Positions 36,956-45,772 of a stretch of DNA of 64,000 nucleotides are shown piece by piece. The notes beneath the pieces were generated by a model. That model had not been told where the DNA came from. It made no database searches and was given only the letters and a program-made list of their open reading frames with translations. Numbering within the stretch: the first letter of the stretch is position 1; each line of letters opens with the position of its first letter. The translations under genes and the position numbers were made by a program. The DNA is taken from the NCBI GenBank assembly GCA_965207455.1, contig CBDBMJ010000003.1, forward strand, positions 182,489-246,488. Reading direction: 5' to 3'. This stretch comes from Bdellovibrionota bacterium (GTDB taxonomy: Bacteria; Bdellovibrionota; UBA1018; CAIPTA01; JAALKR01).

Positions 36956-38434
36956 CTACCGGCTACGGGATACTTTCCAAACCCACATACCTATACTGAA
37001 AATAGCAATGGGAAGAAAAATCACAACAATCCAAAAGAAAGCTCTCGTCCAATCAGGGTTTAACTCTAAGTTAGTATCTGTGGCTCCTTTTGAGCGAATG
37101 CTAATAAAGGAGTTCTGGTCGGAAAGCCAAGCAAGGGAATTCATAAAAAGATCTTTATTAGAAGCCATACTAATAAGGCCATTCACAATAAAGGCTGTTG
37201 TGGGAAATACAACTATTCTTGCGGGTTTTTCCTCTGGCCCTGTTTCAATAGCTAGGGCTAGGTTTCTTTGTTCTTTCTTGTCTGTTCCCTTATTGTATTG
37301 AGCTAGACCTTTTCTCAAATCATTCCAATTTTTTTCTGCCCAGGTGCTGGGGGTAGACCGGGCTAGAATGCTCACCTTAACTTTTTCCTTTTTATTTTTT
37401 ATTAAGTATGTGGTCAGTGGGAAAATAAAATTAGCTACTTGTTGGAATTTCACTTCGGTACGCGCAAAGTCCTTTGTAATTAAGTGATCTTTGGAGTAGG
37501 CGGAGCCAATAATCATTTGTCCTTGGAGTTTGGCTTGCTTACTGGCTTCGTCGATAAGAAGTTCATTGCCCACGCCCACGCCGTAGTTTGCTTTTAAAAA
37601 CTTAGCCATTTGTTTTGCACCAGGGGGGAGACCAGATAATTTCACATCCACGTCCAAGCCTAAAATAAGTCGCCCTCCAGAGGCAAGCCACTTCTGAATT
37701 CGCTGAATTTCTAGGGGCAAAAATCCTGATTGGGGTCCCGTAATAATCACCACACTAGCATCTTTAGGAATATCGGACTGTAGCAGATTTAAGGTACGTA
37801 CCGTATAGGCTTCTCGTTCCATTAATGTGCGTAAAAGAGAAATGCTTTCTGCCGACTTTTCATTCCCAAGGTTTCGTTCTCCGTGCCCTACTGTAAAATA
37901 CACCACCTGGTCTTTATTTTTGAGCAAGCGTATAATCCCGTTGGTAAGTTTTTCTTCGGACAAGCCCGTAACCTTAACTCTTTTTTGTTTCTCGGAAGAA
38001 ACAAAGGACATTACGGTGGTGTTATATTCTGTTACACCGAGAGCTTTTGCATAAGTGGGACGTTGGTTTACCTCTATAAATTCTATCTCTAAAAGTTTTG
38101 TTTCATTGCCGTATGCTTTAAGTATTTTTTGTGCCCGCATTTTTTTTTCAGGAAACTGCCTAGAATTTCCAAAATAAGAGAAGCGTATTTTCTGAGGCAG
38201 CTCCTTGAGAATCTTTGCGGTCTGAGGGCTAAGGGTATTAATGCCTCTAGCGGTTATGTCCCATCGGTAGTCATGTTCCACGGCAAAATAATTAATAAAA
38301 ACAAGGGAGCCTAGAACTAAAAGAATAATCAAGGAAAGGTTGGCGCCATAGCGAGTAGATTTATAGGTAAAGAAGTGCAATAAATTCTGAAGGCGGGGAA
38401 GTATTTTGAAAAATCCTTTTGGCATATTCGTCAC
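36956..38434 (-). CDS. gldG: GldG-like ABC-transporter auxiliary component (ABC_transp_aux family)
   Basis: 492 aa with N- and C-terminal TM helices flanking a large periplasmic domain. It overlaps the upstream permease by 4 nt. Confidence 0.6.
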   Translation of the reverse strand: MTNMPKGFFKILPRLQNLLHFFTYKSTRYGANLSLIILLVLGSLVFINYFAVEHDYRWDITARGINTLSPQTAKILKELPQKIRFSYFGNSRQFPEKKMRAQKILKAYGNETKLLEIEFIEVNQRPTYAKALGVTEYNTTVMSFVSSEKQKRVKVTGLSEEKLTNGIIRLLKNKDQVVYFTVGHGERNLGNEKSAESISLLRTLMEREAYTVRTLNLLQSDIPKDASVVIITGPQSGFLPLEIQRIQKWLASGGRLILGLDVDVKLSGLPPGAKQMAKFLKANYGVGVGNELLIDEASKQAKLQGQMIIGSAYSKDHLITKDFARTEVKFQQVANFIFPLTTYLIKNKKEKVKVSILARSTPSTWAEKNWNDLRKGLAQYNKGTDKKEQRNLALAIETGPEEKPARIVVFPTTAFIVNGLISMASNKDLFMNSLAWLSDQNSFISIRSKGATDTNLELNPDWTRAFFWIVVIFLPIAIFSIGMWVWKVSRSR

Positions 38435-39198
38435 TCCATGGTCCGTTCAATGTCGAAAACCGTATACGCTCCAAAAAGAGCAAGGCAGGTGAATGATACA
38501 TAATAGGCTATATCTACAATGGTTATAATTCCCTGTGAGAAGTTAAAAAAATGGGAAATGATGGAAAGGTAGTCGAAAAGTCCTCCCCAGGATGAGCCGG
38601 ACTGAGAACCCCATAGGCCCACGAGCCAAAAAAACAGGAGCGTTCCAAATGTCATCACAGCAGAGATAATTTGATTTTCCGTACAAGAACTCCAAAAAAG
38701 ACCTATGGCTATATAGGTACTTATCACCAGCAGTACTCCTAGGTAACTTCCCAGCAGTATGCCCACATCTGGGCTAGCACCGAAGAAAAGGACGAGGGGA
38801 TAAATAAATGTTCCTGCCAGCATAACGGAGATCAAACCAACCCCGGCCAAAAACTTCCCTAAAATAATATCAATGGAGCGGATGGGGGCCGCCATCAATA
38901 GGGTAAGGGTCTGTTCCTTGCGCTCCTCGGATATTAGGCGCATGGTAATAAAGGGCGCCACAAACAGTAAAATTACATTAATGTTCCCAAACATGGGTGC
39001 GATAATATGTTCTGAAATAGTGGGTTTCGGTCCTTGGCTTACTTGCATAAATTGTAACTGCGACTGCTGAAAATAACTAAGCAGATTAAAAAACACATAA
39101 CCCACTAAAGCTAAAAAAACAGAAATAATAATATAAGCGATTGGGGAATAAAAATAACTCCGAAAATCTTTTTGAGCGATTAAAAGAATTTTACCCAT
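38431..39198 (-). CDS. gldF: ABC-2 type permease (GldF-like)
   Basis: 255 aa with 6 TM helices of the ABC-2 family. Confidence 0.7.
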   Translation of the reverse strand: MGKILLIAQKDFRSYFYSPIAYIIISVFLALVGYVFFNLLSYFQQSQLQFMQVSQGPKPTISEHIIAPMFGNINVILLFVAPFITMRLISEERKEQTLTLLMAAPIRSIDIILGKFLAGVGLISVMLAGTFIYPLVLFFGASPDVGILLGSYLGVLLVISTYIAIGLFWSSCTENQIISAVMTFGTLLFFWLVGLWGSQSGSSWGGLFDYLSIISHFFNFSQGIITIVDIAYYVSFTCLALFGAYTVFDIERTME

Positions 39199-39200
39199 GG

Positions 39201-40172
39201 CTACTCACCTTCCTTGGAAATTAATTTCATAAACGCACCCTCTAGACTCATTTTCTCTTGGTTTAAGCGTAAAAGATCCAGGTTGTTCTGCACACAAAGT
39301 TTGGCAATTTCTGCCCGGTGGTCCGCTTTCTTTTCATGTTCTATCACAAGGGTATGTTCTCCCTTTTCTGGATCAGATGCGTATTCCACTGCAGATACTT
39401 GGGGAAGGGCTTGGATCCGGGGAATGAGTGCTTTCGGATCATGGCGCATGCTCACCTCCAATTTTATAGTGGAGGCGATATTTCTAGATATTCCCTCCAG
39501 CGTATCCATGGCAATAATTTTTCCTTGATCGATGACCACTACCCTATCGCAAGTGAATTGCACCTCAGGCAAAATATGGGTGGACAAAATCACAGTGTGC
39601 TTTCCTTTCAAGTTACAAATTAGCTTTCGAATTTCTATAATTTGCTTAGGATCCAGGCCCACGGTTGGTTCATCTAAAATTAGTATGGGGGGGGAGTGTA
39701 CAATTGCCTGAGCTAGGCCCACTCGTTGCCGGTATCCCTTGGATAGATTGCCAATAAACCGGTTTTGAACGTCTACAAGGCCGCAGCTGTCCATGGCCAC
39801 ATCCACTGCTTTTTGTATTTGAGGTCCGGGCACATTGTGGAGTCGAGCCGCAAACGTTAAATATGCTTTCACATCCATGGAGCTATATACTGGAGGATTT
39901 TCAGGCAGGTATCCGATGGAGGCCTTTGCTTTTAACGGCTCTTTCCTAACATCAAAACCATTTGCTGTGGCAGTGCCACTGCCAGCACTCAAGCATCCAC
40001 TTAAAATTTTCATGGTGGTGCTTTTTCCTGCACCGTTGGGGCCCAGGAATCCTAAAATCTCTCCCTGCTCTACCCGAAAACTCACATCTTGTATGGCAAG
40101 TCTCTCGCCATATTTTTTACATAATTTATTTACTTCAATCACGCATCTTTCCTCAAGGTCGCACGAACACAA
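39201..40172 (-). CDS. gldA: ABC transporter ATP-binding protein (GldA-like)
   Basis: Walker A GPNGAGKST, the signature LSKGYRQRVGLA and Walker B ILILDEPTVGLD are present. The true start may be a few codons downstream of 40172. Confidence 0.85.
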   Translation of the reverse strand: MCSCDLEERCVIEVNKLCKKYGERLAIQDVSFRVEQGEILGFLGPNGAGKSTTMKILSGCLSAGSGTATANGFDVRKEPLKAKASIGYLPENPPVYSSMDVKAYLTFAARLHNVPGPQIQKAVDVAMDSCGLVDVQNRFIGNLSKGYRQRVGLAQAIVHSPPILILDEPTVGLDPKQIIEIRKLICNLKGKHTVILSTHILPEVQFTCDRVVVIDQGKIIAMDTLEGISRNIASTIKLEVSMRHDPKALIPRIQALPQVSAVEYASDPEKGEHTLVIEHEKKADHRAEIAKLCVQNNLDLLRLNQEKMSLEGAFMKLISKEGE

Positions 40173-40800
40173 TTTCTTCCTCTGCTAGTAAGGTCATCAA
40201 TTGTTCAAATGCTTTTGCCCGGTGGCTATATTTATTTTTTTCCACGGAACCCATTTCTGCAAAGTTTAGATTGGAATTCCCATTGGGAATAAAAATAGGG
40301 TCGTAGCCAAAGCCATTGGTTCCCTTCTCCTCGATAGCAATGCTCCCTTCACAACTAGCCGACGTGCTAAGGAGAACTCCCTCCACCATAAAAACAAGGG
40401 AGCAAACAAAACGTGCTCTGCGGTTTTTGCCCGTTTTTTTACTCAGCAATTGAAGCACTTTGGTTCGATTAGCTTCGTCCTGAGATTCACCCGATTTTGG
40501 TGTGGCAAAGTGGGCAGACAGTGGTCCCGGTTTTCCGTCTAGCGCTAGGAGTTCCAGCCCTGAATCATCGGCAAATATGGGAACTTTTGCCGCTTGAAAG
40601 GCAAAGCAGCATTTTCGCTCCGCATTCTTATTATAAGTTGCGTCAGGTTCTCTGGACTCAGCTTGCGAAAGGTGGGCTGAATTACAGACCCATTTTTTCA
40701 AGGATACTATGGATATATTATGAGGCAGTGCTATGGTTTGAAACTCCTGGATTTTTCCTCTGTTTCCGCTGGCAATAGTTAAGTGTTCAAATCGTCGCAT
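40153..40800 (-). CDS. rdgB: non-canonical purine NTP pyrophosphatase (Ham1/RdgB, dITP/XTP pyrophosphatase)
   Basis: It starts at MRRFEHLTIASGNRGKIQEF. The motifs FGYDPIFIP and SHRAKAF are typical of RdgB. Confidence 0.85.
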   Translation of the reverse strand: MRRFEHLTIASGNRGKIQEFQTIALPHNISIVSLKKWVCNSAHLSQAESREPDATYNKNAERKCCFAFQAAKVPIFADDSGLELLALDGKPGPLSAHFATPKSGESQDEANRTKVLQLLSKKTGKNRRARFVCSLVFMVEGVLLSTSASCEGSIAIEEKGTNGFGYDPIFIPNGNSNLNFAEMGSVEKNKYSHRAKAFEQLMTLLAEEEIVFVRP

Positions 40801-40876
40801 TTTTGGCCCTACACTGGGGTTTATGGTAATAACGTTGTTATGGAAAGTCAACTACACTTGTGCTAAAAAAAATTTG

Positions 40877-41890
40877 ATGGAGCAGTTGGAACATAAACAT
40901 AGCCTTGCCGTAGATATGGTCGGAATCCAGGAGCGGGCAGCTCTCTTTGCAACTCGAAGTATCAAAGCGAAATCCAAGCTTCAGGCTCTCCATGCCTGCG
41001 TGCAAATGATAGACCTTACTACGCTGGAGGGGAGTGATACTCATGGGAAGGTTCGTCAGCTTTGTGGAAAGGCTCGCAATCCTTTTCCCCAGGCCTGTGC
41101 AATGGATATGGACTCTGAGGGGGCTTCTTCTGAGAGGGCTTCTTCTGAGAGGGCTTCTTCTGAGAGGGCTCCATCTGTGATGGTTCCATCTGTGATGGTT
41201 CCATCTGTGATGGTTCCGCCTGTGGCTGCTGTATGTGTGTATCCGTCGCTTGTTGCCCAAGCGAGGAAGTATTTAGAAAACTCTTCTGTGGCAGTTGCCT
41301 CAGTTGCCACTTCTTTTCCTTCGGGGCAGGCCCCTCTTTCCATTAAGTTACAGGATGTGGAGTATGCGGTGGGTGCTGGGGCCCAAGAGATCGACATGGT
41401 CATTCATCGAGGTGATTTCCTCAGTGGAGAGTACAACAAGGTTCGGGACGAGATTGCTGCCACGAAGGAAATTTGTGGTAAGGATGTGCACTTAAAAGTA
41501 ATTTTAGAGGTGGGGGAGCTTGGAACGTACGACAAAATTCATCTCGCCTCCCACATTGCCATGGACGCTGGGGCTGATTTTATTAAAACGTCCACGGGAA
41601 AAATACCTTCTGCGGCCTCCATGCCCGTTACGTTAGTAATGTTATTAGCTATCCGGGACCACTACGAAAGAACGGGGAAAAAAATAGGAATGAAGCCTGC
41701 TGGTGGTATTCGTACTGCCAAGCAAGCTCTCCATTACTTGTGTATGGTGAAGGAGACCTTAGGGCCTCAGTGGCTTTCTCCCAGCTTATTTCGTTTTGGT
41801 GCCAGCAGTTTGCTTAATGATTTATTGAAACAAATATATAAGCAAAAGACAGGACGCTATTACTATGGCAAGGCTTTTTCTTCCGACTAA
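40877..41890 (+). CDS. deoC: deoxyribose-phosphate aldolase, long eukaryote-like (DERA) type, with 2 in-frame tandem-repeat arrays inserted in a surface loop
   Basis: Strong similarity to long-form DERA. The matching motifs are IDLTTLEG, AAVCVYPSLV, SVATSFPSGQ, HLKVILEVGELGT, ADFIKTSTGK (Schiff-base Lys), KPAGGIRTA and LFRFGASSLLNDL...TGRYYY. The start was chosen at MEQLEH (40877); the track start at 40823 would overlap rdgB. Confidence 0.85.
   Translation: MEQLEHKHSLAVDMVGIQERAALFATRSIKAKSKLQALHACVQMIDLTTLEGSDTHGKVRQLCGKARNPFPQACAMDMDSEGASSERASSERASSERAPSVMVPSVMVPSVMVPPVAAVCVYPSLVAQARKYLENSSVAVASVATSFPSGQAPLSIKLQDVEYAVGAGAQEIDMVIHRGDFLSGEYNKVRDEIAATKEICGKDVHLKVILEVGELGTYDKIHLASHIAMDAGADFIKTSTGKIPSAASMPVTLVMLLAIRDHYERTGKKIGMKPAGGIRTAKQALHYLCMVKETLGPQWLSPSLFRFGASSLLNDLLKQIYKQKTGRYYYGKAFSSD
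41112..41225. repeat. two adjacent in-frame 15-bp tandem repeat arrays (3 x gggcttcttctgaga then ~3.5 x tggttccatctgtga) inside deoC
   Basis: They encode (ASSER)x3 followed by (PSVMV)x3. The ORFs called on the opposite strand here are artefacts of the repeats. Confidence 0.85.
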
Positions 41891-41911
41891 TTTCATACAA
41901 GGGTAAAGACG

Positions 41912-43384
41912 ATGACACAAAAAAGAGCAAGCAAAATAAAAAATTCTACTTGGGACTTTTCCTACGACCCTGCCCCCGAGTCCACCTCTATTCTACAAAT
42001 TCCATCTCAGTCTCAGTGCTGGATCGACGGAAAATTTGTGGATTCCTTGGGTCAGCAACATTTTTCATCTATAAACCCTGCCACGGGAGAGGTTTTAAGC
42101 CAGATACCCAATGGAAACAAAAAGGATGTGGATAGAGCGGTACAGGCAGCAAGAAAAGCTTTTCCCCGTTGGAGTGCTTGTTCGGGTAAAGAGCGAGGAC
42201 GTTATTTATTTCGTATTGCTCGAATGATTCAAGAGCAAGCTCGCCAGTTAGCTGTACTGGAAACGATGGATAATGGAAAGCCCATTCGGGAATCTCGTGA
42301 TGTGGATATTCCTCTCGCTGCTGCCCACTTTTTCTATCATGCTGGTTGGGCGGATAAGTTAGAGTATGTTTTTCCTGGAAAGAAAGTACATCCTGTGGGT
42401 GTGGCTGCTCAAATCATCCCATGGAATTTTCCTTTGTTGATGGCTGCTTGGAAAATTGCTCCTGCCCTAGCCACGGGTAATTGTGTTGTATTAAAACCTG
42501 CGGAAACCACTTCCCTAAGTGCGCTCCACTTAGCAAAAATCATACAGGAGGCGGGTCTTCCCGATGGAGTGGTGAATATTGTTACGGGAGATGGTGCCAC
42601 GGGTGCTGCTCTTTGTGCCCATCCGGGGGTGGATAAAATAGCGTTCACTGGTTCCACGCAAGTGGGAAAAGAAATTGCAGGCACGATGGGGAGTGAAAAA
42701 AAGTTAACCTTAGAATTGGGTGGAAAATCAGCTCATATTATTTATGAGGATTGTGCCATTGATCAGGCAGTTGAGGGAATCATAAATGGAATTTATTTTA
42801 ATCAGGGTCATGTTTGTTGTGCTGGATCTAGATTACTTGTGGAAGAGTCCATTGCTACCACGATTGTGAAAAAATTAAAGCAAAGAATGGCCCACCTTAG
42901 GGTGGGTAATCCATTGGATAAAAATACGGACATTGGTGCCATAAATTCCAAAATGGAGTTAGATAAAATTCGTCATCTAGTGCAAGTGGGTAAGGACGAG
43001 GGTGGTGAGTATTTTGAAGCGGCTCAGGGAGAGCTTCCTTCGAAAGGTTTTTTTCATAAGCCCTGTTTCTTTAATAATATTTCTTCTAGCGCTACGGTAA
43101 ATCGCTTGGAAATTTTTGGACCTGTGTTGGCCATATCTACTTTTCGTACACCTGAAGAGGCGATACAAAAAGCGAACGACACGCCCTACGGATTAGCTGC
43201 GGGTATTTGGTCAGAAAAAGGATCCAAGATTCATCACACGGCCAAGCACCTAAAAGCTGGTGTGGTGTGGGCCAATACTTATAATAAATTTGATCCTGCC
43301 TCTCCCTTTGGTGGCTACCATGAAAGTGGTTGGGGAAGAGAGGGCGGAAGACACGGGCTCCTGTCCTACTTGGAGGTGCAGTAA
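41912..43384 (+). CDS. NAD(P)-dependent aldehyde dehydrogenase
   Basis: 490 aa with ELGGKSAHIIYED (catalytic Glu), NQGHVCCAGSRLLV (catalytic Cys) and GSTQVGKEI. Confidence 0.9.
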   Translation: MTQKRASKIKNSTWDFSYDPAPESTSILQIPSQSQCWIDGKFVDSLGQQHFSSINPATGEVLSQIPNGNKKDVDRAVQAARKAFPRWSACSGKERGRYLFRIARMIQEQARQLAVLETMDNGKPIRESRDVDIPLAAAHFFYHAGWADKLEYVFPGKKVHPVGVAAQIIPWNFPLLMAAWKIAPALATGNCVVLKPAETTSLSALHLAKIIQEAGLPDGVVNIVTGDGATGAALCAHPGVDKIAFTGSTQVGKEIAGTMGSEKKLTLELGGKSAHIIYEDCAIDQAVEGIINGIYFNQGHVCCAGSRLLVEESIATTIVKKLKQRMAHLRVGNPLDKNTDIGAINSKMELDKIRHLVQVGKDEGGEYFEAAQGELPSKGFFHKPCFFNNISSSATVNRLEIFGPVLAISTFRTPEEAIQKANDTPYGLAAGIWSEKGSKIHHTAKHLKAGVVWANTYNKFDPASPFGGYHESGWGREGGRHGLLSYLEVQ

Positions 43385-43385
43385 G

Positions 43386-44252
43386 ATGGACAATGTAAGC
43401 AATAATGAAACGAGTGTATTAAAAACCATAAAGCTTTATATAGGTGGGGAGTTTGTCCGTACGGAATCTGGGCGAAGTTTTCCCAGTTACGACGCTAATA
43501 AAAAACTCCATGCCCACCTATGCAAGGCCTCCCGTAAGGATGTGCGTAAATCGGTGGAGTGGGCTCAAAAGTCAACCCACTCTTGGGCATCTCGCAGTGC
43601 TTACAATCGAGGGCAAATACTCTACCGAATGGCAGAGATGGCACAAAGCAAACAAAAAGAATTTATGGATATTCACTTACAATGGGGTTGTACAAAAGAA
43701 GAGGCCCGTGCCTCGGTGAATTCCATTATAGATAGTTTTGTATACTACGGAGGTTTTGCAGATAAATTCTCTCAGTTGATGGGTGGAGTGAATCCTGTGA
43801 GTGGTCCTTTTCATAATTTTACCACGCCAGAACCCATGGGTGTGGTGGGATTATTGATGAGCGACAAGTCCAGTCCCAAGGATCAGGCGCAAGTTTGGGT
43901 GGCCCGTTTGTGCGCTTTACTTTGTTCTGGAAATACGGTGCTGGCCCTATTGCCCCCATCGATTGCGTCCCTAATAGCCCCGCTTTCTGAGGTATTTGCC
44001 ACTTCGGACCTTCCCCGTGGAACTGTTAATGTGTTGACGGGAAGTGTGGAGGAATTAGCACCTGTAATGGGAGAGCACATGGAAATTCAAGCGCTGTGTA
44101 TTTGTGGCAACCCAAAGAGTTTTTCCCACTTGCACACAATGGGTGTTCATAATATGAAACGGGTTGTGGAAGTAAAATCTCCTCTGCTCTCTTTAGAAAG
44201 TATTCTCTCCTTTGTGGAGTACAAAACAGTATGGCATCCCATTGGAATGTAG
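43386..44252 (+). CDS. ALDH-family paralog lacking the catalytic Cys domain (N-terminal/NAD-binding half only)
   Basis: 288 aa. It starts at MDNVSNNETSVLKTIKLYIGGEF, overlapping the upstream stop (TAAGATG). GTVNVLTGS and HMEIQALCICGNPKSF align to the ALDH NAD-binding region. The ORF ends before the Cys-containing catalytic domain. Confidence 0.5.
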   Translation: MDNVSNNETSVLKTIKLYIGGEFVRTESGRSFPSYDANKKLHAHLCKASRKDVRKSVEWAQKSTHSWASRSAYNRGQILYRMAEMAQSKQKEFMDIHLQWGCTKEEARASVNSIIDSFVYYGGFADKFSQLMGGVNPVSGPFHNFTTPEPMGVVGLLMSDKSSPKDQAQVWVARLCALLCSGNTVLALLPPSIASLIAPLSEVFATSDLPRGTVNVLTGSVEELAPVMGEHMEIQALCICGNPKSFSHLHTMGVHNMKRVVEVKSPLLSLESILSFVEYKTVWHPIGM

Positions 44253-44263
44253 AAAGGAAGATA

Positions 44264-45178
44264 ATGAATAATACACCCATACTTTCTGTTGGTTCCCTCG
44301 CCTTTGATTCCATTCAAGTTCCAGGGGATTCTGTAGAAGCGGCTCTTGGAGGATCAGCAAATTATTTTTCACTTTCGGCTAGTTTTTTTTCTCCTGTGCA
44401 AGTGGTGGGTGTTGTGGGAGAGGATTTTCCTCAAGAGCATTTACGTTATTTAGAGTCTCGAAATATCGACACGCAAGGAATTCAAGTTAAAGAAGGCAAG
44501 ACCTTTCATTGGAAAGGAGAATATAAGGACGACTACAACAGTGCCATTACCCATGATACGGAACTCAATGTTTTTGGAGATTTTAATCCAGAGGTGCCTG
44601 CTCATTACGCCAAGGCCAAATATGTTTTCTTAGGTAATATTACTCCGAGTTTGCAATCTCGGGTGCTGGAGCAGGTGGAGAATCCCAGATTAATTGCACT
44701 AGACAGCATGAACCTTTGGATCAATACCGCTAACGATGATTTGCAGGGCATACTAAAAAAAGTGAACTTACTTATCATCAATGATGGAGAGACTTGCTTG
44801 TTGGGTAAGAGTAAGAATGTTTTTACAGCGGCAGAAAAAATCATGGAGATGGGCCCTAAGTGCCTTGTTGTAAAGAGAGGTGAGTACGGTGCTTTCCTTC
44901 TTATGAACGGTGAGTATTTTGTAGCGCCGGCAGTACCTTTAAAGCAAATAAAAGACCCCACGGGGGCAGGCGATACTTTCGCAGGTGGTTTGTTAGGGTA
45001 TTTAGCGTCTCAAGATTGCGACCTCAGCGACACAACTGTTCTCAAACAAGCTCTTCTATATGGAACCGTAATGGCCAGCTTTGTGGTACAGGATTTTAGT
45101 TTTCTTCGACTAAAGACGATCAGCTCAAAAGATATTCAAGCAGTCTATAAGAAAATTTCTTCCATGATTACTTTATGA
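44264..45178 (+). CDS. PfkB-family carbohydrate kinase (ribokinase/deoxyribokinase-like)
   Basis: It starts at MNNTPILSVGSLAFD, with AGGAAG 5 nt upstream. DPTGAGDTFAGGLLGYL is the PfkB signature 2. The context (deoC, ALDH) suggests deoxyribokinase. Confidence 0.75.
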   Translation: MNNTPILSVGSLAFDSIQVPGDSVEAALGGSANYFSLSASFFSPVQVVGVVGEDFPQEHLRYLESRNIDTQGIQVKEGKTFHWKGEYKDDYNSAITHDTELNVFGDFNPEVPAHYAKAKYVFLGNITPSLQSRVLEQVENPRLIALDSMNLWINTANDDLQGILKKVNLLIINDGETCLLGKSKNVFTAAEKIMEMGPKCLVVKRGEYGAFLLMNGEYFVAPAVPLKQIKDPTGAGDTFAGGLLGYLASQDCDLSDTTVLKQALLYGTVMASFVVQDFSFLRLKTISSKDIQAVYKKISSMITL

Positions 45179-45772
45179 CTCTTCTTGAAAGTGAATAACG
45201 GGCAGCGTTTTATTGGGAAGAAATTTCTTCTCATTCATTCGAAACTCAATCTCATTATTTTTTTCAGCAATTGCCAGCGACGGAGCCTTTTTATTTTTTT
45301 GAGTCATGGCCCTTCGAGAAATCCATTGTGAGTATAGTACAGGCTTAAATGTGCTGTCTTTTTTATACTCCAAGATAGTCCAGTAGAAATCTTGGTATTG
45401 GGAAGTCCTACCTACGGCATGTGTCCAGCCCTTGAGTTCCACAAAAATTCTTCCTTTAATCCGTATTATTTTTGGCTTTACCCAGCTTCCATACTGTAGA
45501 ACATTGTCAACGAACGGCTCCAGCTTTATTTTCGCTGCCCATTTAGAGGGAACAAAATAAAGTTGCATGCCATTGCTTGTTTCTCTCAATTCAATAAATT
45601 TTTTACCAACTAGGGGGACTTTATTAATTCGATGGCTTGTATTTTTCCCTTCAACGTCTGTCGTTGAGAAAGAAAAAATTAGTAGCATAAGGCAGTATTT
45701 TATATGGATTCTGCTTTTTTGGATATTTTTTCGTGCTTGCATATTTTCTCCTATTATTTTTTCCTTTGACAT
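45173..45772 (-). CDS. secreted protein, unknown function
   Basis: 199 aa with a signal-like hydrophobic segment (CLMLLIFSFSTTDVEG). It is the last gene of the minus-strand island. Confidence 0.35.
   Translation of the reverse strand: MSKEKIIGENMQARKNIQKSRIHIKYCLMLLIFSFSTTDVEGKNTSHRINKVPLVGKKFIELRETSNGMQLYFVPSKWAAKIKLEPFVDNVLQYGSWVKPKIIRIKGRIFVELKGWTHAVGRTSQYQDFYWTILEYKKDSTFKPVLYSQWISRRAMTQKNKKAPSLAIAEKNNEIEFRMNEKKFLPNKTLPVIHFQEES

Noticed and set aside
40838-41403. Minus-strand ORFs with HHRWNHHRW / EPSQMEPSQ repeats; possible CRISPR-like array
   Set aside because: They lie over the 15-bp tandem repeats inside deoC. The repeats are contiguous with no spacers, and the deoC frame aligns to DERA across them.
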